The notes: generated by a model from the sequence alone, not told the origin. 64,000 bases of DNA from Candidatus Magasanikbacteria bacterium GW2011_GWA2_56_11 (GCA_001004885.1 LCRX01000001.1:9849-73848); one strand, 5' to 3'; counted from the stretch's first letter, positions 1-10,238 are shown. Numbers and translations: made by a program.

Positions 1-2382
1 GTTTCCTACGTGCTCGGCATCACGACTGTGGATCCGCTCCGTTTTAAGCTGCCGTTCGAGCGGGTTTTGAATTCTTTTCGTCCCAGCCCGCCGGATGTTG
101 ACACCGACTTCGCCGACGACCGCCGCGATGAGATGATCGCCTACGTTACCCAAAAGTACGGCGCGGACAAGGTGGCGCAGATTATCACTTTCGGAACCAT
201 GGCGGCGCGCGCGAGCGTGCGCGATGTGGGCCGGGCGCTCGGACTGTCGTACTCGTTTTGCGACCAGGTGGCCAAACTCATTCCGCCGGGCGCCCAGGGG
301 TTCCCCATGACCATTGAACGGGCCCTCAAAGAGGAACCGGATCTGCGCAAACTCTACGAAACTAATCCGGAGGTTGGTCGTCTTTTGGATTTGGCCCAAA
401 AGGTGGAGGGCTGCGCCCGCCACACCTCGATCCACGCGGCCGGCGTCGTCATCTCGCCCACTCCGCTCACGGATTTTACTCCTGTCCAGCGCGAGGTCGG
501 CGGCGAAAAGATCACCACTCAATACGAGATGAAAGCGGTCGAAACCGCCGGCGTTCTCAAGATGGATTTTTTAGGCATCCGCAATCTCTCTATTTTGGGA
601 AAAGCGGTGGAGATTGTCGAGAAGACCACGGGAGACAAGATCGACATTTATACTTTGCCGCTCGACGACGAGGCGACGTTCGCCATGCTTACTCGCGGCG
701 AGACAATGGGTACTTTCCAGCTGGGGGGTTCGGGCATGACCCGCTGGCTCAAGGAATTGAAGCCGACTACCATTGACGATATTATGGCCATGGTGGCGCT
801 TTATCGCCCGGGCCCCATGGATTCGATTCCGGATTACATTCGGCGCAAACACAACCCGGCGGTGGTCGAGTATCTTGACCCCAGGATGGAGAAATACCTT
901 GGCGCTTCTTTCGGGCTTCTGGTGTACCAGGACGACGTGCTCTTGACGGCGATCGAACTCGCGGGTTACGACTGGATGGAGGCGGACAAGTTTCGCAAGG
1001 CTATCGGTAAAAAAATTCCGGAGGAAATGGAGAAACAAAAAATTAAGTTCTTTCAGGGATGCCGCGAGCACGGCCAGCTGCCGGAGGCCAAGATCGCCGA
1101 GCTGTGGCGGCAGATAGAGCCGTTTGCCGCCTACGGATTCAACAAAGCGCACGCGGCGAGCTACGGCATTGTGGCCTATCAGACATCTTTTTTAAAGGCC
1201 CACTATCCGGTGCAATACATGACCGCTGTGCTTCAGGCCGAAGCGAGCGACACGGACAAAGTGGCGGCCATCGTCCACGAGTGCCGGCGCATGAATATCG
1301 AGGTTTTGCCGCCGGACGTGAACGAGAGTTTCAAAAATTTCGCCATGGTATCCAAGCCGGGCGAACCCGGCCGTATCCGCTTCGGGCTGACGGCCGTCAA
1401 AAACGTCGGCGAACATATCGGCGACGTAATTTATCGCGAACGCAAAGAGCAGGGCCAGTTTGCCAGTTTGGAGCAATTTCTGGATCGTATTCCGGACAAG
1501 GATTTGAACAAAAAATCGCTCGAAAGCCTGATACAGGCCGGCGCCCTGGACTGCTTCGGCCACGACCGCGGACGGCTGCTTTCTAACATTGATAATATTC
1601 TGGGCTATGTGCGGCAGACGCGCGAGCGCGATCTCTCCGGGCAGAACTCTCTGTTTGCCGGCACGGCCATAGCGCTAGACAGCCAGGTAGTGCTCAAACC
1701 GGCGCCCGCGGCTACGATAGAGGAAAAATTGGTTTGGGAAAAAAATTTGCTCGGCCTGTACGTTTCGGCCCACCCGTTGGACCCCTTTTTGGCGTCCATG
1801 AAGGACGTGGCCACGCCCCTTTCCGAGGTAGAGACGCTGCCGCGCGACGGCTGGGTAGTGGCAATAGGCGTGGTCGAGGCGGCCAAGAAAAAGATTACCA
1901 AGAAAGGGGAGGTGATGATGTTCGTAACCATCCAGGATACTTCCGGCGGCATGGAGCTTCTGGTGTTTCCCAAGACCTACGAGCGCACCAAACATCTTTG
2001 GACGGAGCGCACGCCGGTCGCCATTGTCGGCAAAACGCCGCGCGAAGACGGGGATAACAAAATTTTTGTCGAGAACGCCTATCCGCTTACGATCGAAACG
2101 GCCCCTAACCTGGCCCGTCAGCTGTCGCTGGGGCGGTCCAAGCCAGACGCGGCCCAAGCCGGTCCGGAAAAATATATTCGGCTTTCGGTTTCGCCGGCGG
2201 AATTAAAGAAAAACGCCGCCGCCTTCAAACAGCTGTTTAGCGATTATCCCGGCGAGTTTGCCGTTTACCTCGATGTCGGCGCCAACACGATTAAAACGGG
2301 CGGCAAAATTCTCTGGAACGAAGAGGTCGAAGCCAAATTGTCCGCCCTGGTGGCGCCGGGCGGGATTCAGGTGCGCGGCTAG
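1..2382 (+). CDS. dnaE: DNA polymerase III alpha subunit, C-terminal ~790 aa (5' end outside window)
   Basis: ORF runs from window edge; motifs GFNKAHAASYGIVAYQTSFLKAHYP and OB-fold tail typical of DnaE. Confidence 0.9.
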   Translation, partial: VSYVLGITTVDPLRFKLPFERVLNSFRPSPPDVDTDFADDRRDEMIAYVTQKYGADKVAQIITFGTMAARASVRDVGRALGLSYSFCDQVAKLIPPGAQGFPMTIERALKEEPDLRKLYETNPEVGRLLDLAQKVEGCARHTSIHAAGVVISPTPLTDFTPVQREVGGEKITTQYEMKAVETAGVLKMDFLGIRNLSILGKAVEIVEKTTGDKIDIYTLPLDDEATFAMLTRGETMGTFQLGGSGMTRWLKELKPTTIDDIMAMVALYRPGPMDSIPDYIRRKHNPAVVEYLDPRMEKYLGASFGLLVYQDDVLLTAIELAGYDWMEADKFRKAIGKKIPEEMEKQKIKFFQGCREHGQLPEAKIAELWRQIEPFAAYGFNKAHAASYGIVAYQTSFLKAHYPVQYMTAVLQAEASDTDKVAAIVHECRRMNIEVLPPDVNESFKNFAMVSKPGEPGRIRFGLTAVKNVGEHIGDVIYRERKEQGQFASLEQFLDRIPDKDLNKKSLESLIQAGALDCFGHDRGRLLSNIDNILGYVRQTRERDLSGQNSLFAGTAIALDSQVVLKPAPAATIEEKLVWEKNLLGLYVSAHPLDPFLASMKDVATPLSEVETLPRDGWVVAIGVVEAAKKKITKKGEVMMFVTIQDTSGGMELLVFPKTYERTKHLWTERTPVAIVGKTPREDGDNKIFVENAYPLTIETAPNLARQLSLGRSKPDAAQAGPEKYIRLSVSPAELKKNAAAFKQLFSDYPGEFAVYLDVGANTIKTGGKILWNEEVEAKLSALVAPGGIQVRG

Positions 2383-3461
2383 CCGTATACTTCCCAATTA
2401 GGATTAACCACGATCTCGCTCCACGCCGTGAATTCTTTGCGTATGGCCCGGTAATAGCCGGCCGCGGCGATCATGGCGCCGTTGTCGGCCGTGTAGCGCA
2501 GGTGGGGTATTAGGACCGGGGTTTGCGCTGTCGTCGCGCCTATTGCGCGCGCGAGAGTCTCCCGCAGTTTTTTATTGGCGCTCACCCCGCCGCCGAGCAC
2601 GACGGTTCGGGGCCGGAATTTTTCGGCGGCCCGCAGCGTTTTGACTGTCAAAACTTCGACGATAGCCGCCTCGAAACTGGCGCAGAAATCGGCTACGGTT
2701 GGCGGCTCAGATCCCTGGCCCAAGTATCCGGCCGGAAATGACAGCGGATTCACGTGCGCCGCCGCCAGGCCATGATCGCGCAGCCAGTACAGCGCGGCGG
2801 TTTTGAGCCCGGCAAAGCTGAAGGCAAAAGTATTGTCGTTTAGCATGGGGCGGGGAAAGGGGATGGCGCCGGGGTTGCCCTGGGCCGCGCATTGCGAGAT
2901 GCGCGGCCCGCCCGGGTAGTCAAAGCCAATGAGTTTGGCCACTTTATCAAAACACTCGCCGGCGGCATCGTCGCGTGTTTTGCCGGCCAGCTCGTATCGG
3001 CCTTGTGCGGGCAGGTAGATAAGTTCGGTGTGGCCGCCGGAGACGACGAGCGCGAGCGCCGGGTAGGCGATCTCGCGCCGCGGCTCCGACGCGTCCGCCT
3101 TAATTTCGGCCGAGTGGATATGGCCGGCAATATGGTTGACGGCGATAAGCGGCACGTCCCAGAGGTACGACAGCGCCTTGGCCGCCTCGGCGCCGACCAT
3201 GAGGCCGGTAATCAGTCCCGGGCCGGTCGTAACGGCCACGGCGTCCGGCTTCTCTTGCCCTGCCATGACCGCCTCGACCACTGGAAAAATATTTTCCGCG
3301 TGCGCCCGCCCGGCCACCTCGGGCACGACGCCGCCGTATTTTTGGTGGATCGGTATCTGGCTGGCGGTTTTTTCGGACAGGACGACAAGTCCGCCTTCGT
3401 CCGCTTGGAGCAGGGCAACGGAAGTGTCGTCGCAGGATGATTCGATGCCGAGGAGGCGCAT
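2379..3461 (-). CDS. tsaD: tRNA N6-adenosine threonylcarbamoyltransferase TsaD (Kae1/Gcp family)
   Basis: N-terminus MRLLGIESSCDDTSVALL, HxxH metal motif region, 360 aa; 4-bp overlap with dnaE stop. Confidence 0.9.
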   Translation of the reverse strand: MRLLGIESSCDDTSVALLQADEGGLVVLSEKTASQIPIHQKYGGVVPEVAGRAHAENIFPVVEAVMAGQEKPDAVAVTTGPGLITGLMVGAEAAKALSYLWDVPLIAVNHIAGHIHSAEIKADASEPRREIAYPALALVVSGGHTELIYLPAQGRYELAGKTRDDAAGECFDKVAKLIGFDYPGGPRISQCAAQGNPGAIPFPRPMLNDNTFAFSFAGLKTAALYWLRDHGLAAAHVNPLSFPAGYLGQGSEPPTVADFCASFEAAIVEVLTVKTLRAAEKFRPRTVVLGGGVSANKKLRETLARAIGATTAQTPVLIPHLRYTADNGAMIAAAGYYRAIRKEFTAWSEIVVNPNWEVYG

Positions 3462-3636
3462 AGCTGCCGGGTAAATGGATAAACGTATCCGTGGCCGGGA
3501 GGAGCGATGTTACCGTTTGTGGTTCATATATTATACATACATTTAAAGAATAGAAAAGCGGCGGGCAATTTGACCGGCGTCCTTAAATCTGCTTAGATAT
3601 TGCCAGTTTCGTTCTTTAAATTATCCTGCAATCCTT

Positions 3637-5370
3637 GTGGAGCATAAGGCGCTGAATTTACTTCGGCGGCTAATGCCCCGCAAGGATACGACCATAGGGC
3701 GGGGGGAAAGCAGGTTACTCTTGGCCGCTTCAATCGCAGCCGCGCAAGACCTCGTCCGGCTCTTTGCCGGGTGGGGTCTGGCGTACCTCGATAGCCTCAT
3801 CCGGATCGACTCGTCGAGCGACGAGCGCTCCGGCACGGTTCCGAGCACGCCCGGGCAGCTGGCCCTTCTGGACTTCCTTCGCGAGGTCCTGGGGGGCTTC
3901 GGCTACCAGTGCGAGACCGACGCCTCCGGGGCGCTGCTCGCGCACGTCGGCGCCAACCTTCCGGCGGGCTCTACGTGCCCACCGGTGGCCTTCATCACGC
4001 ACATCGACAACTCTCTCGGCACCGTCTGTCCGGAGCGCCTCACGCGCGTCGAGCGGTGGGACGGGAGCCGCCTTGCCTACCCTGGCAACCAGCGGCTCAA
4101 CGTCTCGGTTGCCGCCTACCCGGCGCTCCAGGCGTTTGTGGGCCATGACGTCCTCCACGGCCCGGGCACCGGTCCGGTCGGACTGGACGACAAGCTCGGT
4201 GTGGCCGAGGTCCTGACGCTGGCCCGCTACCTGGCGGAACACCCCGAGATCCGGCACGGGACGATCGTCCTGTGCTTCCGGCCGGACGAGGAGATCGGCC
4301 GCGATGAGGCGGTCCAGTCGTTGGCCCGGCGGCTCGCTGAACTCGGCGTGACCCGGGCCTACACCGTGGACGGCCACACGGCGTTCGAGGTGAGCACCGT
4401 TTGCTTCAACGCCAGCGAGATGGCGATCCGCGTTCCGGCTCCGCCTCTCCACCTCACCGACAGCGTCGGGGAGCCCCAGTTCCGGTGCGCTCGCACCATG
4501 CGGCTCCGGATCCAGGGCGTTCGTACGCACGGGGCCACGGCCAAGGCCGAAGGGTACCGCAACGCGGTCCGTATCTTCACGGCCGTGATGAGCCGGATGT
4601 CTTCGTGGCAGCACGTCGTGCCGGTCGAATTCACGACCGATCCGGCGGACGAGACGGCGGCCGATGTCACGATGCTCATCCGTGGCCGCGATGAGTCCGA
4701 GCTCGACCGCTGGCAGAGCATCTTCGTCACTCAACTTGGTCAGGAAGTTGCGCCCCATGCGGAGAGAGGCGCTGGCCAGGAGGTGATGGGTACGGCCGCC
4801 GTCGCGCCGACGGACGGCCAGGGGTTCTCGGACGGCCTTAGGAAGATCATCACGATCATCGTTCTGTTCCAAAACACGCCTTCAGCTCGCCCTCTGTTCT
4901 CCGAGGACAGCGAGGGGTGGGAGGGGTACTCCAACCCCTTCACCATCACTCGTGATGGTGATCACTGGATCGTCCGCTTCCGTCTGCGGGATTTCGATCC
5001 CCGTGACCTGGCGAGGCGGGAGGACCACGTCCAGCGTGTGGCTCATTTCTCGGGCCTGCCCGAGGAGGCTGTCCACCATCGGCCGCAATACCGGGACATC
5101 AGCCCGCGGCTCGAGAGCTACCCGGAGCTCGTCGCCTGGGCCGAGGCGGCGGCCGAGCGCATCAGCGCCTCGATCCAGCGCCATCCGATCCGCGGCGGCA
5201 CTGGCGTCGGCCCGTTCCTGGATGCCGGCATCGGGGTCGCCAACCTCGGCACCGGCTACCACGGGCTCGAGAGCCCTACCGAGCTCACGAGCCTGGAGAT
5301 GATCGGGCGCCACGCCGAGTGGCTCGTCGCTCTCGTCGAGGTGGTCGCCGCGGTCCGCACCGGGTCGTAG
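3637..5370 (+). CDS. M20 family metallopeptidase, peptidase T-like (start codon uncertain, 3637 or 3673); ~68-70% GC island
   Basis: HIDNS..., GLDDKLGVAEV and FRPDEEIGRDE motifs match M20/PepT metal-binding signatures; GC rises abruptly at ~3700. Confidence 0.6.
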   Translation: MEHKALNLLRRLMPRKDTTIGRGESRLLLAASIAAAQDLVRLFAGWGLAYLDSLIRIDSSSDERSGTVPSTPGQLALLDFLREVLGGFGYQCETDASGALLAHVGANLPAGSTCPPVAFITHIDNSLGTVCPERLTRVERWDGSRLAYPGNQRLNVSVAAYPALQAFVGHDVLHGPGTGPVGLDDKLGVAEVLTLARYLAEHPEIRHGTIVLCFRPDEEIGRDEAVQSLARRLAELGVTRAYTVDGHTAFEVSTVCFNASEMAIRVPAPPLHLTDSVGEPQFRCARTMRLRIQGVRTHGATAKAEGYRNAVRIFTAVMSRMSSWQHVVPVEFTTDPADETAADVTMLIRGRDESELDRWQSIFVTQLGQEVAPHAERGAGQEVMGTAAVAPTDGQGFSDGLRKIITIIVLFQNTPSARPLFSEDSEGWEGYSNPFTITRDGDHWIVRFRLRDFDPRDLARREDHVQRVAHFSGLPEEAVHHRPQYRDISPRLESYPELVAWAEAAAERISASIQRHPIRGGTGVGPFLDAGIGVANLGTGYHGLESPTELTSLEMIGRHAEWLVALVEVVAAVRTGS

Positions 5371-5454
5371 CGATCGCGCCGAGGGCGTCGCGGAGGTGTT
5401 CCTGCCTGCCTCCGCTCACTGACTATCCTTTTTAGGTTTAGAAGGGATTGAAGT

Positions 5455-5484
5455 CGAAAAAAGAACCGCTGGGTTCTTTTTTTG
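5455..5484 (+). terminator. Rho-independent terminator-like hairpin (AAGAACC-GCTG-GGTTCTT + T-run)
   Basis: perfect 7-bp stem followed by TTTTTTT directly downstream of the M20 peptidase gene. Confidence 0.6.
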
Positions 5485-5732
5485 TTCGTTTCTCTGACTG
5501 CTTTCAAAATGTATGCGAGATAATTATCTTGGATCCAAGTTTCTAACGCAACAGCGTTATGAATTAATTAGCCGGTCGAAAACCTCATAGGGCGTCTGGA
5601 AATTAAGTGTCTTTCTCGGTCGTCCGTTCAAGAGGTGCTGGGCTCTTTTCACTTCGTATCTGGATACTTTAGTAAAGTCGGTTCCTTTGCAAGCACACGC
5701 CCGCCTGCCCCTAGTTCCTTTTTAAGGAGGGA

Positions 5733-5801
5733 CGCTGATTCGTTCCCCGTCGAATCAGCAACAAACAAAAAACACCACGCCAGTGGTGTTTTTTGTTTGT
5801 T
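5733..5801. terminator. Two consecutive perfect hairpins (GCTGATTCG/CGAATCAGC; AACAAACAAAAAACACCAC/GTGGTGTTTTTTGTTTGTT), bidirectional terminator-like
   Basis: 9-bp and 19-bp perfect inverted repeats read directly from sequence in AT-rich spacer. Confidence 0.5.
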
Positions 5802-5897
5802 GGTCGGTTAATAAGGACGTCTCGAGAGAGACGGGATATTGACCAGAATACGTATTTATGGTATGAAACAGTGGCCCTACTTACCAGGAGACTTCTG

Positions 5898-6236
5898 ATG
5901 AAAATGGTTTTTTTGATGTTGGCCCTCATGTTCCTCCTGCTCTTGCCGGTTTTGATCCGCGGCATCTGGCGGCGGCGCTTGGTGCGGCGGAAGCTGGTAT
6001 GGCGTGTGCTGGACGCCGAGACGGTCCAGCGCGAGCGGCGACGCTTGCGGGAGATCAAGCAGGATCTGCCGCCGGGAGACACCTACTGGCGCCCGGCCAA
6101 CAACGACTACCGGCACCTCCTGGCTGTCGAATTCGGAGCCGATGTGCTGGTAATGAAGATATCGGACGAGGGCGAGGACCTCTGGGAGGTGTTCCACCTG
6201 TGTGCGCGTCGCCATCTGCGCACGGTCAAGAGGTAG
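5898..6236 (+). CDS. Small hypothetical protein, N-terminal TM helix then Arg-rich region (112 aa); high GC
   Basis: AGGAG RBS 8 nt upstream of ATG 5898; hydrophobic MKMVFLMLALMFLLLLPVLI segment; ORF in 70% GC island. Confidence 0.4.
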   Translation: MKMVFLMLALMFLLLLPVLIRGIWRRRLVRRKLVWRVLDAETVQRERRRLREIKQDLPPGDTYWRPANNDYRHLLAVEFGADVLVMKISDEGEDLWEVFHLCARRHLRTVKR

Positions 6237-6516
6237 AGAGCGCCTGACACATCCTGTACCGGGGTGGGAAGCAACAGCCGCCCGACAACCTGCTTAGATT
6301 CTAAAGCATTGGAATTTGGGCAGGGAGAATCGGGCGGTTTTTGTTTGGATTAGATTTGCCTCGGGGTTCAGGCAAAAAATCGCTGTTTAGACGGTCTTTT
6401 ATCTGAAAATGGATTGGGGCACTTCGGTTTATCGGAGAACAGGTAACTGCTACCTAATAATATAAGGGAAAAGTACATATTTTGGCTAAATTTATATAAA
6501 TATTTGGACAAAACTC

Positions 6517-6545
6517 TTGACAGAGGGCTCTTTTTGTGGTAGACT
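6517..6545 (+). promoter_or_regulatory. Sigma70-like promoter TTGACA-N17-TAGACT
   Basis: consensus -35 with 17-nt spacer, ~150 bp upstream of ORF 6692. Confidence 0.45.
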
Positions 6546-6691
6546 GATGTGTCTAATTAAAGAGGGTAGACGTGCTCCTTACAAGAGAAGATGAATAAAT
6601 AGGCTGGGTTGGTCCCTGGCGAGTATTCGTACTCTCTACAGAGCAACCCAGCCGGTAGCCAACCCGGCATTGATGACAAGGAGATCGACCG

Positions 6692-7807
6692 ATGATCAGC
6701 GCCCAGAACCTCATGGCCTCCGTTCGCCCCCTCCTCGCCTCGATGATCACGATGCCGATGGGTCGCCTCAACGAGCTCATCGCTGACGTCGAGCGGTCCT
6801 TCCAGACCCCACAGGTGGGCCCGTACCACTGCGAGGGCCCCTTCATGGGCAGCCACCTCGTCGGCGTCGCGAATACCGTCGACGACGTGGGACGCGGTGA
6901 GTTCCACCCCAACGTCCCCTACGAGGTGCGGCCCTTCATGGTGGCCGCTGCGCGGACCCGTGCCGTCATCGCCGGCGCTCACGTGCTCCTGCACGACGTG
7001 GACAAGCTCACGACCATGACGTTCGTCTACGCGGACGGCCGCAAGGTGCCGGTCAGCTACGACGAGTGGGTCGCGCTGCTCGAGACGGACTCCGACGGCC
7101 CCGCGATCCGCGAGGGCGACGGCCCGGCGCTCGAGCGCTTCTGCGCGCGGCACGGCGTCACCCAGATCTCCTACTACCAGGAGGCCGAGGGTGGGAAGAT
7201 CAGCCACGGCAAGAAGGCGGCCGACCGGCTGCGCGACTACGCCGAGCTGCTCCTGGTCAACGGCATCGAGACCCACGAGGTCGCCTTCCTGTTCGGGGAC
7301 CGCGGCGGCATCAACTTGCCGCTCTTCCACGAGCACTTCGGCGACTGGAGCGAGGGCGACGTGGCCTACGCCTTGGTCGTCAACTACGCCGACCAGATGG
7401 GCTCGCTCAAGGCCGACGGGCAGCCTGACATCTCGGACTTCCGGTGGTTCGCCAGGACCTGGCGGGCCTACGTCGCCTTCCAGGTCGTCAAGGCGAACCT
7501 CGCCGGCCTGCGGCTCGACACGCACAAGGCGTCCCGCCTGATGGACGTCCTCTGGAAGAGTGCCGACGCCTTCCAACAGGAGACCGCCGATGACGTGCTG
7601 GCCCGCATCCGGGCCGAGTGCGAGCTCCGCTCGTTCTCCGAGGAGCGTATCCGCGCCGCGCTCATGCCGGTCGTCTGGCTCTCGTCCGAGCTCGCCGACG
7701 CCATCGTCGCCGACATGGTCCGCGACGGGAAGCTCTCGAGCGAGACGGGCAAGAAGCTCGGCGCGCACAACAAGCCGGTCCGCGCCGCGCTCGCCGGCCT
7801 CGCCTAG
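6692..7807 (+). CDS. Hypothetical protein with possible HD-domain phosphohydrolase motif (H...HD..K); high GC
   Basis: GSHLVGV...HVLLHDVDKL spacing resembles HD domain; otherwise unrecognised; 371 aa. Confidence 0.4.
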   Translation: MISAQNLMASVRPLLASMITMPMGRLNELIADVERSFQTPQVGPYHCEGPFMGSHLVGVANTVDDVGRGEFHPNVPYEVRPFMVAAARTRAVIAGAHVLLHDVDKLTTMTFVYADGRKVPVSYDEWVALLETDSDGPAIREGDGPALERFCARHGVTQISYYQEAEGGKISHGKKAADRLRDYAELLLVNGIETHEVAFLFGDRGGINLPLFHEHFGDWSEGDVAYALVVNYADQMGSLKADGQPDISDFRWFARTWRAYVAFQVVKANLAGLRLDTHKASRLMDVLWKSADAFQQETADDVLARIRAECELRSFSEERIRAALMPVVWLSSELADAIVADMVRDGKLSSETGKKLGAHNKPVRAALAGLA

Positions 7808-8071
7808 AGACTACCTACCAAACCATCTTCTCACCCCCCCCGGCCGCTCGCAGCACGCACTCGCGCGTGGCGGCCGGACTCCAACTAGTATCCTTAGGTT
7901 ATAGGGGTACTTGAGGAGGAAGCTCTTTCCAAATTACGACATGTCCCAATTGTGGGTACGTAGCTTTGTGTGGGCCATCTTTCCATGGCACATAAAGAGC
8001 TACGTACCCCCGGCTTGAAGTGGGGGTGAGATCGAAGTTCGTCCGATACGAGTACGAGACGAGGAGAACTC

Positions 8072-8602
8072 ATGAACACGTCCCTGACCACCGCCTGCGG
8101 CACCGGGATCAACCTGAACGCACAGACCCTGCAGCACCTCGAGGCGCACCCCGACGCGGCCGCCCTCCTGGAGGAGGCCATCGGCAAGATCACCATCGGC
8201 GAGCGGGAGTTCGTCCTCGAGGAGGTCGACATGGGGCGGATCGTCGCCCGGTCGTCCCTCGTCGACGCTCCGGCCATCGCGTCCGACCAGCCCACCGCGT
8301 TCGCGTGCCGCAAGGGTCGCGACATCGCCTCCCGGGTCCTCGTCGGCGCCGTGAAGCCGGACACCAACCTGTTCACCGTCATCGCCGGCAAGCAGGACGA
8401 CGGGAGCTGGTTGCTCTACTCCGGCTTCCCGGGCCCCTTGGCCCCGCGCGAGCCGCACGACCCCAACCTCAAGGGCAACGCCACCGAGCTGGCCTTCTGG
8501 TGCGAGCACGCGCTCGTCTGGGAGGACGGCTGGGAGCAGCCGTTCGAGTCCACCTGGATCGAGGTGATCGCGGCGGCCGCGGCCAAGCGCGCGGCGGCGT
8601 AG
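8072..8602 (+). CDS. Hypothetical protein (176 aa), high GC
   Basis: intact ORF with GGAG-like RBS region; no recognisable family. Confidence 0.35.
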   Translation: MNTSLTTACGTGINLNAQTLQHLEAHPDAAALLEEAIGKITIGEREFVLEEVDMGRIVARSSLVDAPAIASDQPTAFACRKGRDIASRVLVGAVKPDTNLFTVIAGKQDDGSWLLYSGFPGPLAPREPHDPNLKGNATELAFWCEHALVWEDGWEQPFESTWIEVIAAAAAKRAAA

Positions 8603-9134
8603 GTGACCCGAAGGTCGCCGGGGACATGTCGAACACTACCTTGATCGGCGCAAGCTGAGCGGGGTGTGTGAACGACGAGGCGGCGCCATGTGCGTCGCCT
8701 CGGTCCTCTAGCAGTAATACTGCTACTGATGAGTCCAGAGATTGGTACGAAGGACGAAAGGATCTAAAACACTCTTTATACGGGTGTTTTATTGTTCTCC
8801 TGTCTGCTTAAGTTGCTTAATCTGGTCATTTATAACGATCAATGTATCTATATTGATTTCGTGTTTCGAAGGCGCATTAAATTCGCTAAACACTATTTTA
8901 GTAGGCTTATCTAAACCCTGAAGCGGTCGGCCGTCTTATCCGGGCGCCGCCGCGCGCTTTGAGACAATTTTCTGCAGTCATCGCACTGTAACGCCCCCTG
9001 ATATTTGTCTTTCTTGGCAGTATTGCGAGATTGGCAAAAGGACATAACCTGATCTTTTGACCATGATTTATATCACAATTAAAAAAGCGCATTTCTGCTC
9101 TAGAGTTTAACAAAAAAGGACACTTTTACGTACC

Positions 9135-9143
9135 GGGGGGGGG
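9135..9143. repeat. G9 homopolymer tract flanked by GTACC / GGTACC half-sites
   Basis: cgtacc-ggggggggg-tacc read directly, ~105 bp upstream of ORF 9246. Confidence 0.7.
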
Positions 9144-9245
9144 TACCTTATGCCGGATATAAAAGCTGCCATCGAGGCGATTTTTATATTGTCTCAACAA
9201 CTGAACTGCTATATACTGAAGTCGATTAGATAACCATTACTATTT

Positions 9246-10238
9246 ATGAGTACGGATATATACCCTACTTACCGACCGCCTGAACCCGCCGTAAAGATTG
9301 AAGGGTCTTATTCTTTAGGACAATTCTTAACAGAAATTTCCCCGGAGGGCCGTAACATTTCTGCAGACCAGGAAGAGGGGTTACTTGGAGATTTAAGGAA
9401 ACGTGAGGCGGCGGTAGCCAACAAGGAATTATTGGAAGCATTAGAGGAATACGGTATTGACCCGCACTTGATTGAAGTTCGTCCCGATGGACGTATTCGT
9501 ATTGAAGTACGCAACCATTTTAGCAAAAAACATTTACCTGATGGGTACGCCTATAAAGGCGGGGCGGCCCGTGCTCTTCTTCTGCGCAGCCTGGGCAGTG
9601 TTTTGCAAGTTGAACCTCGCGATATTGATGTGGTCCGCCTAGCCCCCGAAGAACCGTATAAGGGCGCCGATACGGAGCTTGCCAAAGAGTTTATGCCTGA
9701 TGATTTCTCCGAAGGCTGGGGCGTAGAAATAATTAATTCAGAGGATCAATACTTTTCTACCCGTGATGTAACCGTCAACGAAGTTTTGGCCACCGATCAT
9801 GAAGTAATCGCTACCGAGCAATGCGTTATTGACGCCGTCCGTCATATTATTCGTTTAACCGAATTCGAACGTGGTTCAGACAAAGACATATATACTACTC
9901 CAGGTCCGAAAATGCTAGCGAAAATATTAAGGCTCTACTCTGAGTCTATCCATTATTTTGGTGAGGCGGAGATTGCTAATGTCGAAGGTTGGGAGTTTGA
10001 ACAAGCCTTTATTTCCCCATTTTGGCTGGCGTTGCAGCTTGATCATGCGTTTGAAAGGAGCCGTGAGATCGCCGCGCTCTATGTGGAGGAGCTCAAAAAA
10101 CATGGCCAGGTACCACCCCATATTGCTGGACCCGAGGAGGCAGCGATTTACCTGTCAAATTTGATCCGAGGCGAATTTTATTATCGGCACGCGCCCGTGG
10201 AACAGTTTGAATTGGAAGATGAGTGGATGGAAAATTGA
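9246..10238 (+). CDS. Polymerase-beta superfamily nucleotidyltransferase-like protein (PolyA_pol/CCA-adding head-domain-like motif); low GC (~45%)
   Basis: YKGGAARALLLRSLG...RDIDVV resembles the GGAVRDxLLG...DIDI motif of class II CCA/poly(A) polymerases; rest of the 330-aa protein unrecognised. Confidence 0.4.
   Translation: MSTDIYPTYRPPEPAVKIEGSYSLGQFLTEISPEGRNISADQEEGLLGDLRKREAAVANKELLEALEEYGIDPHLIEVRPDGRIRIEVRNHFSKKHLPDGYAYKGGAARALLLRSLGSVLQVEPRDIDVVRLAPEEPYKGADTELAKEFMPDDFSEGWGVEIINSEDQYFSTRDVTVNEVLATDHEVIATEQCVIDAVRHIIRLTEFERGSDKDIYTTPGPKMLAKILRLYSESIHYFGEAEIANVEGWEFEQAFISPFWLALQLDHAFERSREIAALYVEELKKHGQVPPHIAGPEEAAIYLSNLIRGEFYYRHAPVEQFELEDEWMEN

Noticed and set aside
3730-4872. Long antisense ORFs (e.g. 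380 aa minus strand) and many Arg/Pro/Ala-rich 60-150-aa ORFs inside the high-GC islands (3.7-8.6 kb, 17.4-18.6 kb, 45-47 kb, 50-53 kb)
   Set aside because: Typical spurious open frames of high-GC DNA. Their translations are low-complexity and they overlap better-supported sense ORFs with recognisable motifs.
8907-9113. 68-aa minus-strand ORF in the AT-rich spacer before the NTase-like gene
   Set aside because: No RBS, odd composition, and it lies within a probable promoter region. Not supported.
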